DNA from: a virus
DNA length: 64,000 bases
Virus record (IMG/VR): IMGVR_UViG_3300005288_000001
Location: 108,502 to 172,501 of that record
Direction: 5' to 3' (one strand)
The notes beneath the pieces were generated by a model. It did not search any database. It was not told the DNA's origin and worked only from the letters and a program-made list of their open reading frames with translations. Positions 36,861 through 46,133 of this stretch are shown piece by piece. Position 1 is the first letter of the stretch; each line of letters starts with the position of its first letter. The position numbers and the translations under genes were made by a program.

Positions 36861-37564
36861 TGCTACCAAAGAAGTCTCCGACGATGTATGAACTGAAGGT
36901 GCCGTCAACCGGCGCCAAGATCAAATTTCGTCCCTATACGATCCGCGAAGAAAAACTGCTTATGTTGGCAGAGCAATCTGGCGAAATCGCAGTTATGGTT
37001 AACGCTCTCAAGGCAATCATCTCTGCATGTACCAACGAAAAAGTGAAGGTTGACGACCTAGCGGTCTTCGACCTAGAGTACATTATGGCCAAGCTGCGCT
37101 CAAAGTCGGTTGGGGAAACCGTGCGTCTGCAATTTGATTGCGAAGCCGACCCGAAGCATGATAAGGCAGTAGTTGATATGGACATGTCCAAGATCGAAGT
37201 TACTTTCACCGAAGGACACGATAAAGTCATCAAGTTGTATGACGACGTCGGTGTCATTATGCGTTATCCGAACATCGAGATGATGGAAGCCCTTGCAAAG
37301 ATCGAAGAAAACCCTGACGTTATCTTCGGTATCATTTATGATTGCATCGAAACCATCTTCGATAAGGAAGAGATGCACAAGGCCAATGAACAGAAGCCAG
37401 AAGAGATCGCCGAGTTTATCGACAATCTCGAGAAGGTTGAGTTCAAGAAGCTTGAAAACTTCTTCCTAACGATGCCAAAGTTTCATCACACGATTGAATA
37501 CAAGTGTCCAACGTGCGGCAAGGAACATAAGAAGTACGTAGCAGGGTTCGAGAATTTTTTCTAA
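36860..37564 (+). CDS. gp26: Baseplate hub assembly chaperone
   Basis: LPK..YELKVPSTG..KFRPY..EEK.L; FDLEYI..LRSKSVGE; FFLTMPK..CPTCG..GFENFF. Confidence 0.9.
   Translation: MLPKKSPTMYELKVPSTGAKIKFRPYTIREEKLLMLAEQSGEIAVMVNALKAIISACTNEKVKVDDLAVFDLEYIMAKLRSKSVGETVRLQFDCEADPKHDKAVVDMDMSKIEVTFTEGHDKVIKLYDDVGVIMRYPNIEMMEALAKIEENPDVIFGIIYDCIETIFDKEEMHKANEQKPEEIAEFIDNLEKVEFKKLENFFLTMPKFHHTIEYKCPTCGKEHKKYVAGFENFF
37555..37561 (+). other. Candidate -1 ribosomal frameshift site T_TTT_TTC
   Basis: X_XXY_YYZ heptamer on the last two Phe codons of gp26; the -1 frame is the gp51-like ORF. Confidence 0.65.
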
Positions 37565-37746
37565 TAGCGCTCGCGCATGAAAATCTGTTCAACTTCTACA
37601 AGACCAACTTTTCGATGATTCACCATCACGAATGGAGTCTCACTGAACTAGAGGACATGCTGCCTTTCGAGCGCGAACTTTATGTAGACATGCTTTTGAA
37701 CCATCTCGAAGAAGAACGTCAAAAACTGCAGGCTAACAAACAATAA
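37555..37746 (+). CDS. gp51: gp51-like hub assembly segment (probably reached by frameshift; first in-frame ATG at 37615)
   Basis: LAHENLFNFYKTNFSMIHHHEWSLTELEDMLPFERELYVDMLLNHLEEE; not in ORF track. Confidence 0.8.
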   Translation, partial: FFLIALAHENLFNFYKTNFSMIHHHEWSLTELEDMLPFERELYVDMLLNHLEEERQKLQANKQ

Positions 37747-37751
37747 GAACT

Positions 37752-39563
37752 ATGGATAAGATTCTCAGCCGCCGCTCAAAGATCAAGGATTACACCGACC
37801 TCAACGCGGTTAATCCTGGACGCACTATGGGGATGTACGACAATACCTGGGGTGCAGGTATGTATGGTGCATTCTACAGCCCACGTAACACCCGTCGTTT
37901 CGGCCATGGTGAAACCGCATCTAACGACGAACGTGTCGAAAAGATGCAGGCAAAGAAGGTTCAAGAAACCCTGTCTAACTCCCGTGACTACCTGCAGGAA
38001 ATCAAGACTTCGCTTACAGAGAATCTGAAGAGTATCACCCGCAGTATCCTGGGTATTCAGAATAAGGAAGATAAGCATCGCGGCAAGGGTACGATCGGCG
38101 TTGAAGACCGCGATCAAATCCTCAAGACTATTCTGGGTCAAAAGGCATATGCCACGAGTTCGCAATACAAGCGTGCGGAAAGTATCAACGCTCGTGAAGA
38201 ACTGCTACACAAGTTCAGCAAGCGAGGTATCGCTGATACGCTGTTCGGAGCACCACAACCAGGCACCGCGCGTGGAGTTCAACGTGAATACGATGATGCT
38301 CTGAAGCAATACCAACGCGATCGTATGATGCTTCAAGGAAAGCAACTGATCGAAACGTATGGTTCCAAAAGCAAGGCTGAGAAGCAGATCGCAAAGGACT
38401 TCAAGCTTCAGCAAGATATCGGTCGTCAGATCAACGATACAAATAAGGAAGTAGAACGTCGCCGCAAGGCTGGGTGGACAGATGCCGACATCAACACTCC
38501 TGAAGCCGGGAAGATGATCGACAAGCTGAACAAACTGGTCGATCAATTCGCCAAGTACGACCCAACTAACACTGGACGTTTCCTGGAACGTGACGTAGAC
38601 GCAACGAAGAAGCCGAAGGATATGGTCTTGCCGACCGAACGCTTCCGCGCCAACCAAGCAGTCTACAAGGGTGACGTTCGTGAGGATAAGGTAGGTCCAG
38701 CACCGAAGGCTCTCCTACAATCGAAGGAAGAAGCAGACCACGAGGCTGAGGAAACGCACAAGAAGGATCAGGAAGAACAAGTCAAGCAAACTAACCTCCT
38801 AGATGATATCAAGGAAGCGTTGCTGAAGAACAAGCCAGTGGAAGGTTATAGCGACGGCAAGGCCGATCCTACAAGTCTGTTTGGTGGAATCATCAAGAGC
38901 CTATCAGCCTTGGCATCTGGTCTTATGACGATCGGAAGCACGCTACTATCTTCACTAGGTGGCCTTGGCCCAATTCTTGCCAGCTTGGGCGCTGTATTGG
39001 TACCGTTGGCCGCTGCCGCTGCGCTATTGGGCCTTGGTAAAGCAGAGAAAGAAAAGATCGAAGCCAATCCGAATGCTCCGGAATATGTGGATAATGCATA
39101 CGCGATGAAGCTACGTGGTGAGGCAACGTCCGTCACACAAGGCACCAAAATCAACCAACAAAAAGCGCTCCGTAATTTGGCGCCTGGAGTTGCCAAGGAA
39201 TTGCTTGAAAACGGACAGCAAGATGAGAATGGTTTGATCGACGGCTATACGATGGACCAACTAATGGATATGCGCGACGGTAAAAAGCCATCGCATATGT
39301 CTGAGGTGCCGTTGGCTAAGAAGGCGAAATTGGAAGCAGCCCAAATCAAGTCGGTTCCGGCACAGTCCGGCGCAAAGTTGACAGAGGCTTCTACTGCCAA
39401 CGCCGACGCAAAACGAGAATCGTCAAAGGCAGCTATCAATGTAGTTGCCCCAACTACGAATAACACATCGGTATCTACCTCTGCACCGCCAGCGCCAATG
39501 GGACCTGTACGAAGTACCGAGACTTCCATGGGCGACTATGTGAAACGTCGCTACGCGAACTAA
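37752..39563 (+). CDS. Probable tape measure / hub protein (gp29-like)
   Basis: 603 aa, helical, with a hydrophobic GLG-rich segment and VVAPTTNN C-terminus; follows gp26/gp51. Confidence 0.65.
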   Translation: MDKILSRRSKIKDYTDLNAVNPGRTMGMYDNTWGAGMYGAFYSPRNTRRFGHGETASNDERVEKMQAKKVQETLSNSRDYLQEIKTSLTENLKSITRSILGIQNKEDKHRGKGTIGVEDRDQILKTILGQKAYATSSQYKRAESINAREELLHKFSKRGIADTLFGAPQPGTARGVQREYDDALKQYQRDRMMLQGKQLIETYGSKSKAEKQIAKDFKLQQDIGRQINDTNKEVERRRKAGWTDADINTPEAGKMIDKLNKLVDQFAKYDPTNTGRFLERDVDATKKPKDMVLPTERFRANQAVYKGDVREDKVGPAPKALLQSKEEADHEAEETHKKDQEEQVKQTNLLDDIKEALLKNKPVEGYSDGKADPTSLFGGIIKSLSALASGLMTIGSTLLSSLGGLGPILASLGAVLVPLAAAAALLGLGKAEKEKIEANPNAPEYVDNAYAMKLRGEATSVTQGTKINQQKALRNLAPGVAKELLENGQQDENGLIDGYTMDQLMDMRDGKKPSHMSEVPLAKKAKLEAAQIKSVPAQSGAKLTEASTANADAKRESSKAAINVVAPTTNNTSVSTSAPPAPMGPVRSTETSMGDYVKRRYAN

Positions 39564-39564
39564 C

Positions 39565-39596
39565 GAAAAAGGGTCCCGAAGGACCCTTTTGTTTTT
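39565..39596. terminator. Bidirectional intrinsic terminator
   Basis: AAAAAGGGTCC-CGAA-GGACCCTTTT between convergent operons. Confidence 0.85.
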
Positions 39597-39738
39597 ATGG
39601 ATTGAAAGCGTATCGGAATCCATAGTGCCAGAGATCAAGACGGATAAACCACCGTCCTTCATTCTGGCCGAAACCAAAACGAACCATTCGATTGCCTTCC
39701 GACATAGGAAGGATCTCAAAGTTCTTTACTGGTTCCAT
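39595..39738 (-). CDS. 47-aa hypothetical protein
   Basis: MEPVKNFEILP...FRYAFNP; TAATG overlap with gp32. Confidence 0.55.
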   Translation of the reverse strand: MEPVKNFEILPMSEGNRMVRFGFGQNEGRWFIRLDLWHYGFRYAFNP

Positions 39739-40643
39739 TAGTCTTCCTCAGCCAGGCCACGGAAAAAGGCCAGGCTATCGTCATCATCATCCGAGACTTC
39801 TGCAGGCGCTGCCTTGGAAGGCTTTGCTGGAGCAGGTGCCGCACGAGCTGGTGCCGGAGCAGCCGCTGATGGCAGGTCTTCCTTATCAGCCGCACGATCA
39901 GCCGGAGCCGATTCGTTCATGACCGACAGGTACTTTGCCTTCAGTTCGTCATACGACTTGAACTTCGATGGATCAACGAACTCTTCGAGCTTGATGATGT
40001 TCTGAGCGATCTTCAGAATTTCCTCGTCATCACCGAGTGGTGCTGGCTCTGCGAACAGCGAACTGTCGTAGTTAGGGAACCCTTCAACCTTCTTCATACG
40101 CAGCTTGAAGTCCGCGCCATCCCAATAGTCGAACACGTTAACTGGCGTTTCGTCAGCGAACGTTGGTTGTGCCTTGTCCATAATCTTGTCGAAGATCTTC
40201 TTGCCGAACTTGAACAGCTTCACTTGCCCTTCGTTCTCAGGGTGCTTCGGATCGCTGATGATCAAGACATTGGCAATGTACTGGAGCTTTCGCTTCTGCT
40301 TTTGCGCAATCTTCTTGTTTTCTTCGACGCCGGAGTTCCAGAGCTTCGAGTTTTGTTCTCCAACATAGTCAGTCAGACCGATGGTCGACAGCGAGTTTTC
40401 GATATACCACTTTCCACCAGGACCTTGGAAAGCATGGCTGAAAACCTTGACCCATGGAAGGCCATCGCCAGTTACGTTGAGGAAGCGAATCGTTGCAGAA
40501 GCGTTACCTGCCTTGTCAGCCTCAAGCTTCCAAAAGCGGTCGTCCTTGTACGATCCTTGGCCGGGGTTGGCGATCTTGTCGAAAGCCGTTGCGATCTTAG
40601 CAAAAGATTGGCCGCGCATTTTACGGAGTGTATTAATATCCAT
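39738..40643 (-). CDS. gp32: Single-stranded DNA-binding protein
   Basis: DDRFWKL..DKAGN..IRFL; GKWYIENSL.T; HPENEGQV.LFKFGKKIFDK; acidic tail. Confidence 0.96.
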   Translation of the reverse strand: MDINTLRKMRGQSFAKIATAFDKIANPGQGSYKDDRFWKLEADKAGNASATIRFLNVTGDGLPWVKVFSHAFQGPGGKWYIENSLSTIGLTDYVGEQNSKLWNSGVEENKKIAQKQKRKLQYIANVLIISDPKHPENEGQVKLFKFGKKIFDKIMDKAQPTFADETPVNVFDYWDGADFKLRMKKVEGFPNYDSSLFAEPAPLGDDEEILKIAQNIIKLEEFVDPSKFKSYDELKAKYLSVMNESAPADRAADKEDLPSAAAPAPARAAPAPAKPSKAAPAEVSDDDDDSLAFFRGLAEED

Positions 40644-40715
40644 ATTGTCCTAAAGTGTAAAAGTATAAGATTAGTGTAAGTCATAATATAGAGCGCCGTC
40701 AGGAACTCCACCATG

Positions 40716-40723
40716 TATTTATA
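40716..40723 (-). promoter_or_regulatory. Late promoter TATAAATA for gene 32
   Basis: Exact consensus about 70 bp upstream of the ATG. Confidence 0.75.
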
Positions 40724-40789
40724 CGGTAGAGTGGCAAATTTATCTAGCGTTACGGAGAGTTACTTCACAATAACGCGGGGCAAGCGACT

Positions 40790-40818
40790 ATTATACTATA
40801 CAGTCGCTCTTTTGACAA
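40790..40818 (-). promoter_or_regulatory. Sigma70-type promoter TTGTCA-N17-TATAAT for gene 32
   Basis: Near-consensus boxes; the -10 lies inside an AGCGACT/AGTCGCT inverted repeat. Confidence 0.75.
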
Positions 40819-40820
40819 GG

Positions 40821-41021
40821 CTATGTTCCATCAACTCGTTGCCATTGGTTATTCTCGTCAAGGAAGACTTCTGGTCCCTCGTCGACTTCTTTCCAATCGT
40901 CAGCGTTGAAATATTCATCGTACGAGTCAGCGTCGTGCTCGTTCAAAGTACGCATACCGACACCTTTTTGGTTGGGTCGATGCTTGAGCTTCTTCAGCTT
41001 TTTGTCTTCTCTTTCAGTCAT
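40821..41021 (-). CDS. Small basic/acidic hypothetical protein
   Basis: ATGA-coupled to gp59. Confidence 0.6.
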   Translation of the reverse strand: MTEREDKKLKKLKHRPNQKGVGMRTLNEHDADSYDEYFNADDWKEVDEGPEVFLDENNQWQRVDGT

Positions 41022-41626
41022 ACCTCTATTTGCAAGTCATCCTTGAACGACTCAATAACCTTCTGCACTCTTTCCTTGTTGAATTTGATAAATCTTTGCG
41101 ACTTGTCTAGGCGACGAATCTGATCTTCGAAGAGGAAAGACATTGAGCCTTTCCAGTCCTTCAGATAATTTAGCTCCGAATTCAAAATCACCATTGAGTG
41201 GATGCAGATGTGACCACCAAGATACATGTTAAGAAGTAGTGGCGGACTTGCACCTTGGAATTGCATCAAGGCATTGCTTGGAATATTACGCTTTCGTGCA
41301 AACTCAAGCACATTCTCCAACTCCATTTCAAGAAGATGGGTTGCGCTTTGCGAACGCTTGGACCAAGTAGTGAAGTTGCTATCAGCCTGCTCTTGATTGA
41401 AGATGAAGTTGTCGTTCCCGGCCGCAAAATTAGCAATCATGTATGTCATTAGCTCAGGGGTGCTGGTGAAGCGTCCCGCAAACTTTTCCCACAGGTAGTG
41501 CTCGTTTCGCTTTAAAAACTTATCCTCGGGTACAAGTACGCGAGGATTATCAAAGACCGAGAACCGGTCTTCAGTATAGTGTTTCTTGAGAGCGAGGTAA
41601 TGCTGAAAGGCGCGATGCCCGTTCAT
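41018..41626 (-). CDS. gp59: Helicase loader
   Basis: AFQHYLALKKHY..F.KRN..F..YMIANF..PLLL.MYL; position next to genes 32 and 33. Confidence 0.8.
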   Translation of the reverse strand: MNGHRAFQHYLALKKHYTEDRFSVFDNPRVLVPEDKFLKRNEHYLWEKFAGRFTSTPELMTYMIANFAAGNDNFIFNQEQADSNFTTWSKRSQSATHLLEMELENVLEFARKRNIPSNALMQFQGASPPLLLNMYLGGHICIHSMVILNSELNYLKDWKGSMSFLFEDQIRRLDKSQRFIKFNKERVQKVIESFKDDLQIEV

Positions 41627-41844
41627 TACATCCCTTCAAGAGAAGCAACTTGAGGAAGAAGCCCGACGGAGCGCAATTCAACGGCCAACTTATCCTTGAG
41701 GGATTGGCTAACCATCGCCTTGATGTCATCGGGTTCGAGTGAATGCTCGTCACAGTACGCAAGAATTGCATCCATGAGAGTTAGATTATCGTCATACGCA
41801 CGCTGTTCAATGTGCGTAGAGAATTCGTTTGCTGAGTTAAACAT
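41626..41844 (-). CDS. gp33: Late transcription co-activator
   Basis: FNSANEFS..IE....LMDAIL.YC....LE......S.SLKDKL..E...G.L; start corrected to 41844. Confidence 0.85.
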   Translation of the reverse strand: MFNSANEFSTHIEQRAYDDNLTLMDAILAYCDEHSLEPDDIKAMVSQSLKDKLAVELRSVGLLPQVASLEGM

Positions 41845-42040
41845 TTGCCTGAAGGTTATGTTTCGGCACGGTGAAGAAGGGATAGTCGCCGTCTTCCTTG
41901 AGGGTGACGGAAATATGTTCGACGCCGGTGTAGCGGGTATCGTCAGAAGCCAGGCCGTAGTCGTATCTGGTGGACTTGTAAACGACAGTCCCCGCAGGGA
42001 CGTCATTCCGGGCGACACGTAATTTGTAAGATTGGCTCAT
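41837..42040 (-). CDS. Hypothetical protein
   Basis: Overlap-coupled ORF; DYGLASDDT..HISVTL..DYPFFTVP. Confidence 0.65.
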   Translation of the reverse strand: MSQSYKLRVARNDVPAGTVVYKSTRYDYGLASDDTRYTGVEHISVTLKEDGDYPFFTVPKHNLQANV

Positions 42041-42306
42041 ACTTTCGCGATGAAATAGTTGACGCTCTTGAGCAGCCGTTCGACTTCACCATACTCTTCA
42101 TGCTTCTTGCGGAAAAGCACCCAGGTAGGATCATTGGACGACGTTAAGGGGTGCGACATTTTGTTGTCACACTTATCCAGGAACATGTCAATGAACTCGC
42201 TCAGCTTCTGTCTGCTATTTAGTAGCTCTTCTTGAATTGCTTCGAGCTCTTTACAGGTTCCATAGTTGTACGCATCAGCGATGCGACGATCCATTTTCGT
42301 GTACAT
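42037..42306 (-). CDS. Hypothetical protein
   Basis: Coupled to the ligase stop. Confidence 0.6.
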   Translation of the reverse strand: MYTKMDRRIADAYNYGTCKELEAIQEELLNSRQKLSEFIDMFLDKCDNKMSHPLTSSNDPTWVLFRKKHEEYGEVERLLKSVNYFIAKV

Positions 42307-43658
42307 TAGATCACTTCTCCAGGGATAAGGCCACGGAAAGTCTTCTTACGCGGGAAGCGAAGGGAATACTCACCGTCTTGGTTTTGGGTAATTGCGTCGG
42401 CTTCTACTTCCATGATGACCCCGATCATCTGATCCCGGATTTTCCAGAATCGTTCACGTTCTTCATCGCTGTAACCGCCGCCGCAGCTTACCTTGATTAT
42501 ACGCCCATTGTCAACGCATTCACAGAGGAACGCGCCAAGAACGTCCCTATATTTTGAGTCGGGTTTACCTTGTTCATATCCCGTAATGGTCATGGACAAT
42601 TCGATTGTCGGCTTCTTCTTCAGCCAGGCATGCGTACGTTTGCACTCGTAAAAGGCTTCAGGGTCCTTGATCATGACGCCTTCATACTTACCTTCGATGG
42701 CCTTCTCGTTGATCTCACGGAAGCGTTGCTTGCCTTCAGGCGTACTCAGATTCACTTCTTCGTATGCCACAGCTTCTACGCTGGAAAGTTCATCCTTGAA
42801 TGCATCGATAAAAGCCGCAAGCTTGATTGCGCGGACCTCTTGGTCCGTTGTAGATTTACCCGCACGGAATTCAGCCAGAGGTAGATGATCAAAGACGTAA
42901 TAGATCGCGTCCTTGGTATCAACGTCAGTCTTCCGCTTGAATTGGCGCATCAAGTCCTGGAAGGAGGTGGACATCATTTCACCGTCGAACACCCAAGGTT
43001 CGGACAGCTTGTAAGCAATCTTCTGGAACTGCTCAACGATGTGCGGGAAGTTTTCGAGTTCCTTACCGTTACGCGAGGTCTGATAGACCCGACCGTCTGG
43101 ATGAACAAAGGTCAGGCAGCGAGCGCCATCGAACTTGATGTCGATAAACTTCCGACCAACCATCTTCGACTCATGATCCTTCGAGTCGTGGGCCAGCTGG
43201 CATCCGAAGATCGGAATGATGTACTGTGGCTTCATGGACTTCACCGCTTTGTTCACGGTAGTTTCGCTAAAGCCAGCGTCCAGCTTCTTCATCAGGATGG
43301 GACGATACCATCCATTCCATTGGGCGTTGGTCGACTGACGCATCGTCATTTCGATCTGAAGCTGGGCGTCGCCTCCGGTCAGATCGCGGTCAACGAGCTG
43401 CTCACACAGGCTCTTGAACGCATTCATGGATACACCCTTGCCGTCGGGCCACTGCATACGAGTTGGTATCTTCTTCACACCGAACGTGTCGAAGTTATCC
43501 AGGGCCAAACGAAGGCCGTCGAAGAAGTCTTCGTGGTCGAGCATTGCCACATCAGCAATGGCCTTTTCCTTGAAGAGCTTCGAGTTATCGCTGGCGATGT
43601 ACGCCAGGATTTCTTCGGGTGGAGTGTCCTTGGTCGGTTTGAGATGATATGTTGCCAT
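42306..43658 (-). CDS. gp30: ATP-dependent DNA ligase
   Basis: Motif I KFDGAR; FDGE; YEGVMIKD; KR..WLK.K; SLRFP. Confidence 0.95.
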   Translation of the reverse strand: MATYHLKPTKDTPPEEILAYIASDNSKLFKEKAIADVAMLDHEDFFDGLRLALDNFDTFGVKKIPTRMQWPDGKGVSMNAFKSLCEQLVDRDLTGGDAQLQIEMTMRQSTNAQWNGWYRPILMKKLDAGFSETTVNKAVKSMKPQYIIPIFGCQLAHDSKDHESKMVGRKFIDIKFDGARCLTFVHPDGRVYQTSRNGKELENFPHIVEQFQKIAYKLSEPWVFDGEMMSTSFQDLMRQFKRKTDVDTKDAIYYVFDHLPLAEFRAGKSTTDQEVRAIKLAAFIDAFKDELSSVEAVAYEEVNLSTPEGKQRFREINEKAIEGKYEGVMIKDPEAFYECKRTHAWLKKKPTIELSMTITGYEQGKPDSKYRDVLGAFLCECVDNGRIIKVSCGGGYSDEERERFWKIRDQMIGVIMEVEADAITQNQDGEYSLRFPRKKTFRGLIPGEVI

Positions 43659-44839
43659 CAGAAGAATCCTACCTTGGAAGCGGTTTGCTTATTGGCCACG
43701 GGAGCCAGGGTTTGGGTGTGGAACAGCTCGGCGAGCGTATAGCTCTTCTTGGCAACCTCGGGCATATCGATGCCGAGTTTGGTAGCCAGAACCTTTGCCC
43801 GATCAGCTGCCAGTTCTTCGAAGTTCACGACGTCGAAGCAGCGACCCGGACGAATCAGGGCAGGGTCCACGTCGCGCACCGATGGGAGGTTGGTCGAGAA
43901 GATCATCTTCTTACCAGCAGTCGTAACCAGACCGTCACCGACGTTCAGGAACTTGTGCATCATGTCGTTACCGTCGCTACGAGCGCGCAGGAGCGTATCG
44001 GCGTCTTCGATAATGAACACGCTGGAGTCGCCTTCGATGAACTGTGCGAACACGAAGTCCTTGGCGAGAACGGCCGGATCGTAGGTAACGGTCGCGTTGC
44101 TCTTGGTATGCTGCAGGAAGCCACGAATGAACGAGGTCTTACCGGTGCCGGGCTTTCCGATCAGGAGGAGAATCGACGCATTGCTTTGCATGAAGCGGTC
44201 GTAATACTCTTCCAATGTTTCATCTTCCAGAAACGAGTACATTTCGCTGATGGGATTGCGGTCCTTACGGAGCGCAACGCTAACCGACGAACCATCACCG
44301 CTGTAGATCCATTCGAGGTTCGAATCGGATTCTTCGAAGTTCGAGAGGATCAGCTTGGCGATACGGTCAGTGAATTCTTCGCTACCGAAGGCATTGACGA
44401 CGCAACCGGAGTTGCCGGCGCGATAGGTGAAATACTGTTCGACACCTTCTTCCTCAGCTTCATTGTCGTCCTCGACGTAGAGGCCACCGTTGTTGCCGAA
44501 CTGGGTCTGACGGAAGTCGTCGAGCTGACCACTCTCCAGGAACTTGCGCCATTCGAGGCGGGTGCAGAGAACCGATACTTCACGGCTCTCGGTGTTGACG
44601 CCAACTTCAATTCGGCGAGCAACGATGCGGCCAGTGACGAAGTCGGTGAGGTCGCTTGCGGCCAGGAACTGACCTTCGGGATTGGCTTTCATTGGGGTGT
44701 ATTGTCCGTCGTCTGTGTAAAGTTTGAAGAATCGTTGGGCACGAACTAAGCGTCGGTATCTGCGGCGTCTCATAGTTAATCCTAGAGCTTGGTCTATGGC
44801 ATGCTCCACTTCAGGAGACACCCGATAGGGTTGGCTCAT
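43658..44839 (-). CDS. AAA+ ATPase (true start possibly about 44692)
   Basis: Walker A GKPGTGKT, Walker B IIEDAD, STN sensor, DPALIRPGRCFD. Confidence 0.9.
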   Translation of the reverse strand: MSQPYRVSPEVEHAIDQALGLTMRRRRYRRLVRAQRFFKLYTDDGQYTPMKANPEGQFLAASDLTDFVTGRIVARRIEVGVNTESREVSVLCTRLEWRKFLESGQLDDFRQTQFGNNGGLYVEDDNEAEEEGVEQYFTYRAGNSGCVVNAFGSEEFTDRIAKLILSNFEESDSNLEWIYSGDGSSVSVALRKDRNPISEMYSFLEDETLEEYYDRFMQSNASILLLIGKPGTGKTSFIRGFLQHTKSNATVTYDPAVLAKDFVFAQFIEGDSSVFIIEDADTLLRARSDGNDMMHKFLNVGDGLVTTAGKKMIFSTNLPSVRDVDPALIRPGRCFDVVNFEELAADRAKVLATKLGIDMPEVAKKSYTLAELFHTQTLAPVANKQTASKVGFF

Positions 44840-45018
44840 TCGGGGAGGATGACCTGGGTCAATTGATAATCGACTTTGCCTTGGGTGGTGGCAATGAACT
44901 TTGCCGACTCCTCACCCTTGGTGGGTCCGAAGAAGTCTTGTGTGATCACCTCCGTCGTACCGGCAAGGCGGTAGCTGGAACGGAGACCATAAGCAGCGGA
45001 TGTAATTTCGGGGTTCAT
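44836..45018 (-). CDS. Hypothetical protein
   Basis: ORF with ATGA coupling. Confidence 0.5.
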   Translation of the reverse strand: MNPEITSAAYGLRSSYRLAGTTEVITQDFFGPTKGEESAKFIATTQGKVDYQLTQVILPE

Positions 45019-45058
45019 GACAAAGACCGTTTAAGTTAATCAGCCTTTATTTTAACGC

Positions 45059-45082
45059 AAAAAGCGCCCGAAGGCGCTTTTT
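45059..45082. terminator. Intrinsic terminator
   Basis: AAAAAGCGCC-CGAA-GGCGCTTTTT. Confidence 0.85.
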
Positions 45083-45100
45083 CTTTACAACTGCTCTATG

Positions 45101-45661
45101 CTACTTCAAGTCCCTAACCTCATCCGCAATGCCATATTCAACCGCTTCTTCAGCAGTCAAGAATACATCTTCGGACGGAAGAAGCTTTTTACGGATCACC
45201 TTCTCAGATAGTCCCGTGCACTTCTTGTAATGGTTAATGACTCGCTCGGATGTCAGGTTGAACTCCTTAACAATGGCGAATAGCTCATGTTCTTTACCAC
45301 CGGAACCGGCAGCGAATTGATGAGACATTACACTAGTGTTTGGTGTAATAAAGCGGGAACCCTTTGCTCCGGACATGAGCAAGAATGTACCAGCCGAGGC
45401 CACACCACCAATCCCAATCGTTGCAATCGGAATTGAAGAACCTCGCATAACATCAATGAGCGCAAAGCAGGATAGGAGATCACCACCTTGTGAACAAATG
45501 AGCAGAGTTAACTGCTTCGGACGCTCTTCCTGGAAATTACAGGACAGTATCCACTCAATACATGCACGACAGGAATCCTGCGTGACATCATCCATGAACA
45601 GATAGTAGTTACTATCCTCACGGTCTACCCCCAACATTTTCGCCACGTTCTTGAACATCAT
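45101..45661 (-). CDS. clpP: ClpP-like serine protease
   Basis: ICSQGG, GVASAG (Ser), MSHQ (His), EDVFLTAEEAVEYGIAD (Asp). Confidence 0.9.
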   Translation of the reverse strand: MMFKNVAKMLGVDREDSNYYLFMDDVTQDSCRACIEWILSCNFQEERPKQLTLLICSQGGDLLSCFALIDVMRGSSIPIATIGIGGVASAGTFLLMSGAKGSRFITPNTSVMSHQFAAGSGGKEHELFAIVKEFNLTSERVINHYKKCTGLSEKVIRKKLLPSEDVFLTAEEAVEYGIADEVRDLK

Positions 45662-46130
45662 TCTTCCTATAGAAGACATGGCGTCCTAGCTGAATAGTTC
45701 GCTTGAGGTTCCAGCCCGGATTGACGTGAACCGCATGAAAATACAAACTTCGCTTAGTGATATCCACCATAGTCCTGTAGTTTATATAGGTCGATTCGGC
45801 AATGGAGTAGATTTGCTTGTACCGAGTTGATTCTCGATTTACACGGGATTTGGTGTTAACCCATGAAAACTGGCCACGCTCGTAGACTACTCCACAAACA
45901 GTGTCAGGGAATCCCTTGGAAGCAACGCGATTCATAGTCACCAGCGCGACTGCCAGCTTACCGTCGTCCGGTTCACCGTTAGCTTCGTGGTAGATATTAT
46001 CCGCAAGGCATTGAACTTGTTTAACGTCTAAATTCGCGACGAGCTCAGATTCAGTGGAGGCGTAAGCTATTGGAGCAAGGATAGCAAGGCCGAGGATAGA
46101 ATGTATAATCGATAATTTTAGAAATCGCAA
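45618..46130 (-). CDS. SleB-type cell wall hydrolase with a signal peptide
   Basis: CLADNIYHEANGE..AVALVTMNRV..FPDTVCGVVY..QFSW..YFHA..V.P.W..G.H.FY. Confidence 0.9.
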   Translation of the reverse strand: MRFLKLSIIHSILGLAILAPIAYASTESELVANLDVKQVQCLADNIYHEANGEPDDGKLAVALVTMNRVASKGFPDTVCGVVYERGQFSWVNTKSRVNRESTRYKQIYSIAESTYINYRTMVDITKRSLYFHAVHVNPGWNLKRTIQLGRHVFYRKNDVQERGENVGGRP

Positions 46131-46133
46131 AAC

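Noticed and set aside
41845-42018. N-terminal extension on gp33 in the ORF track
   Set aside because: It overlaps the 41837-42040 gene; gp33 similarity starts at 41844.
42885-44749. Long plus-strand ORFs (285 and 366 aa)
   Set aside because: They are antisense shadows of the ligase and AAA ATPase, with no RBS or recognisable motifs.
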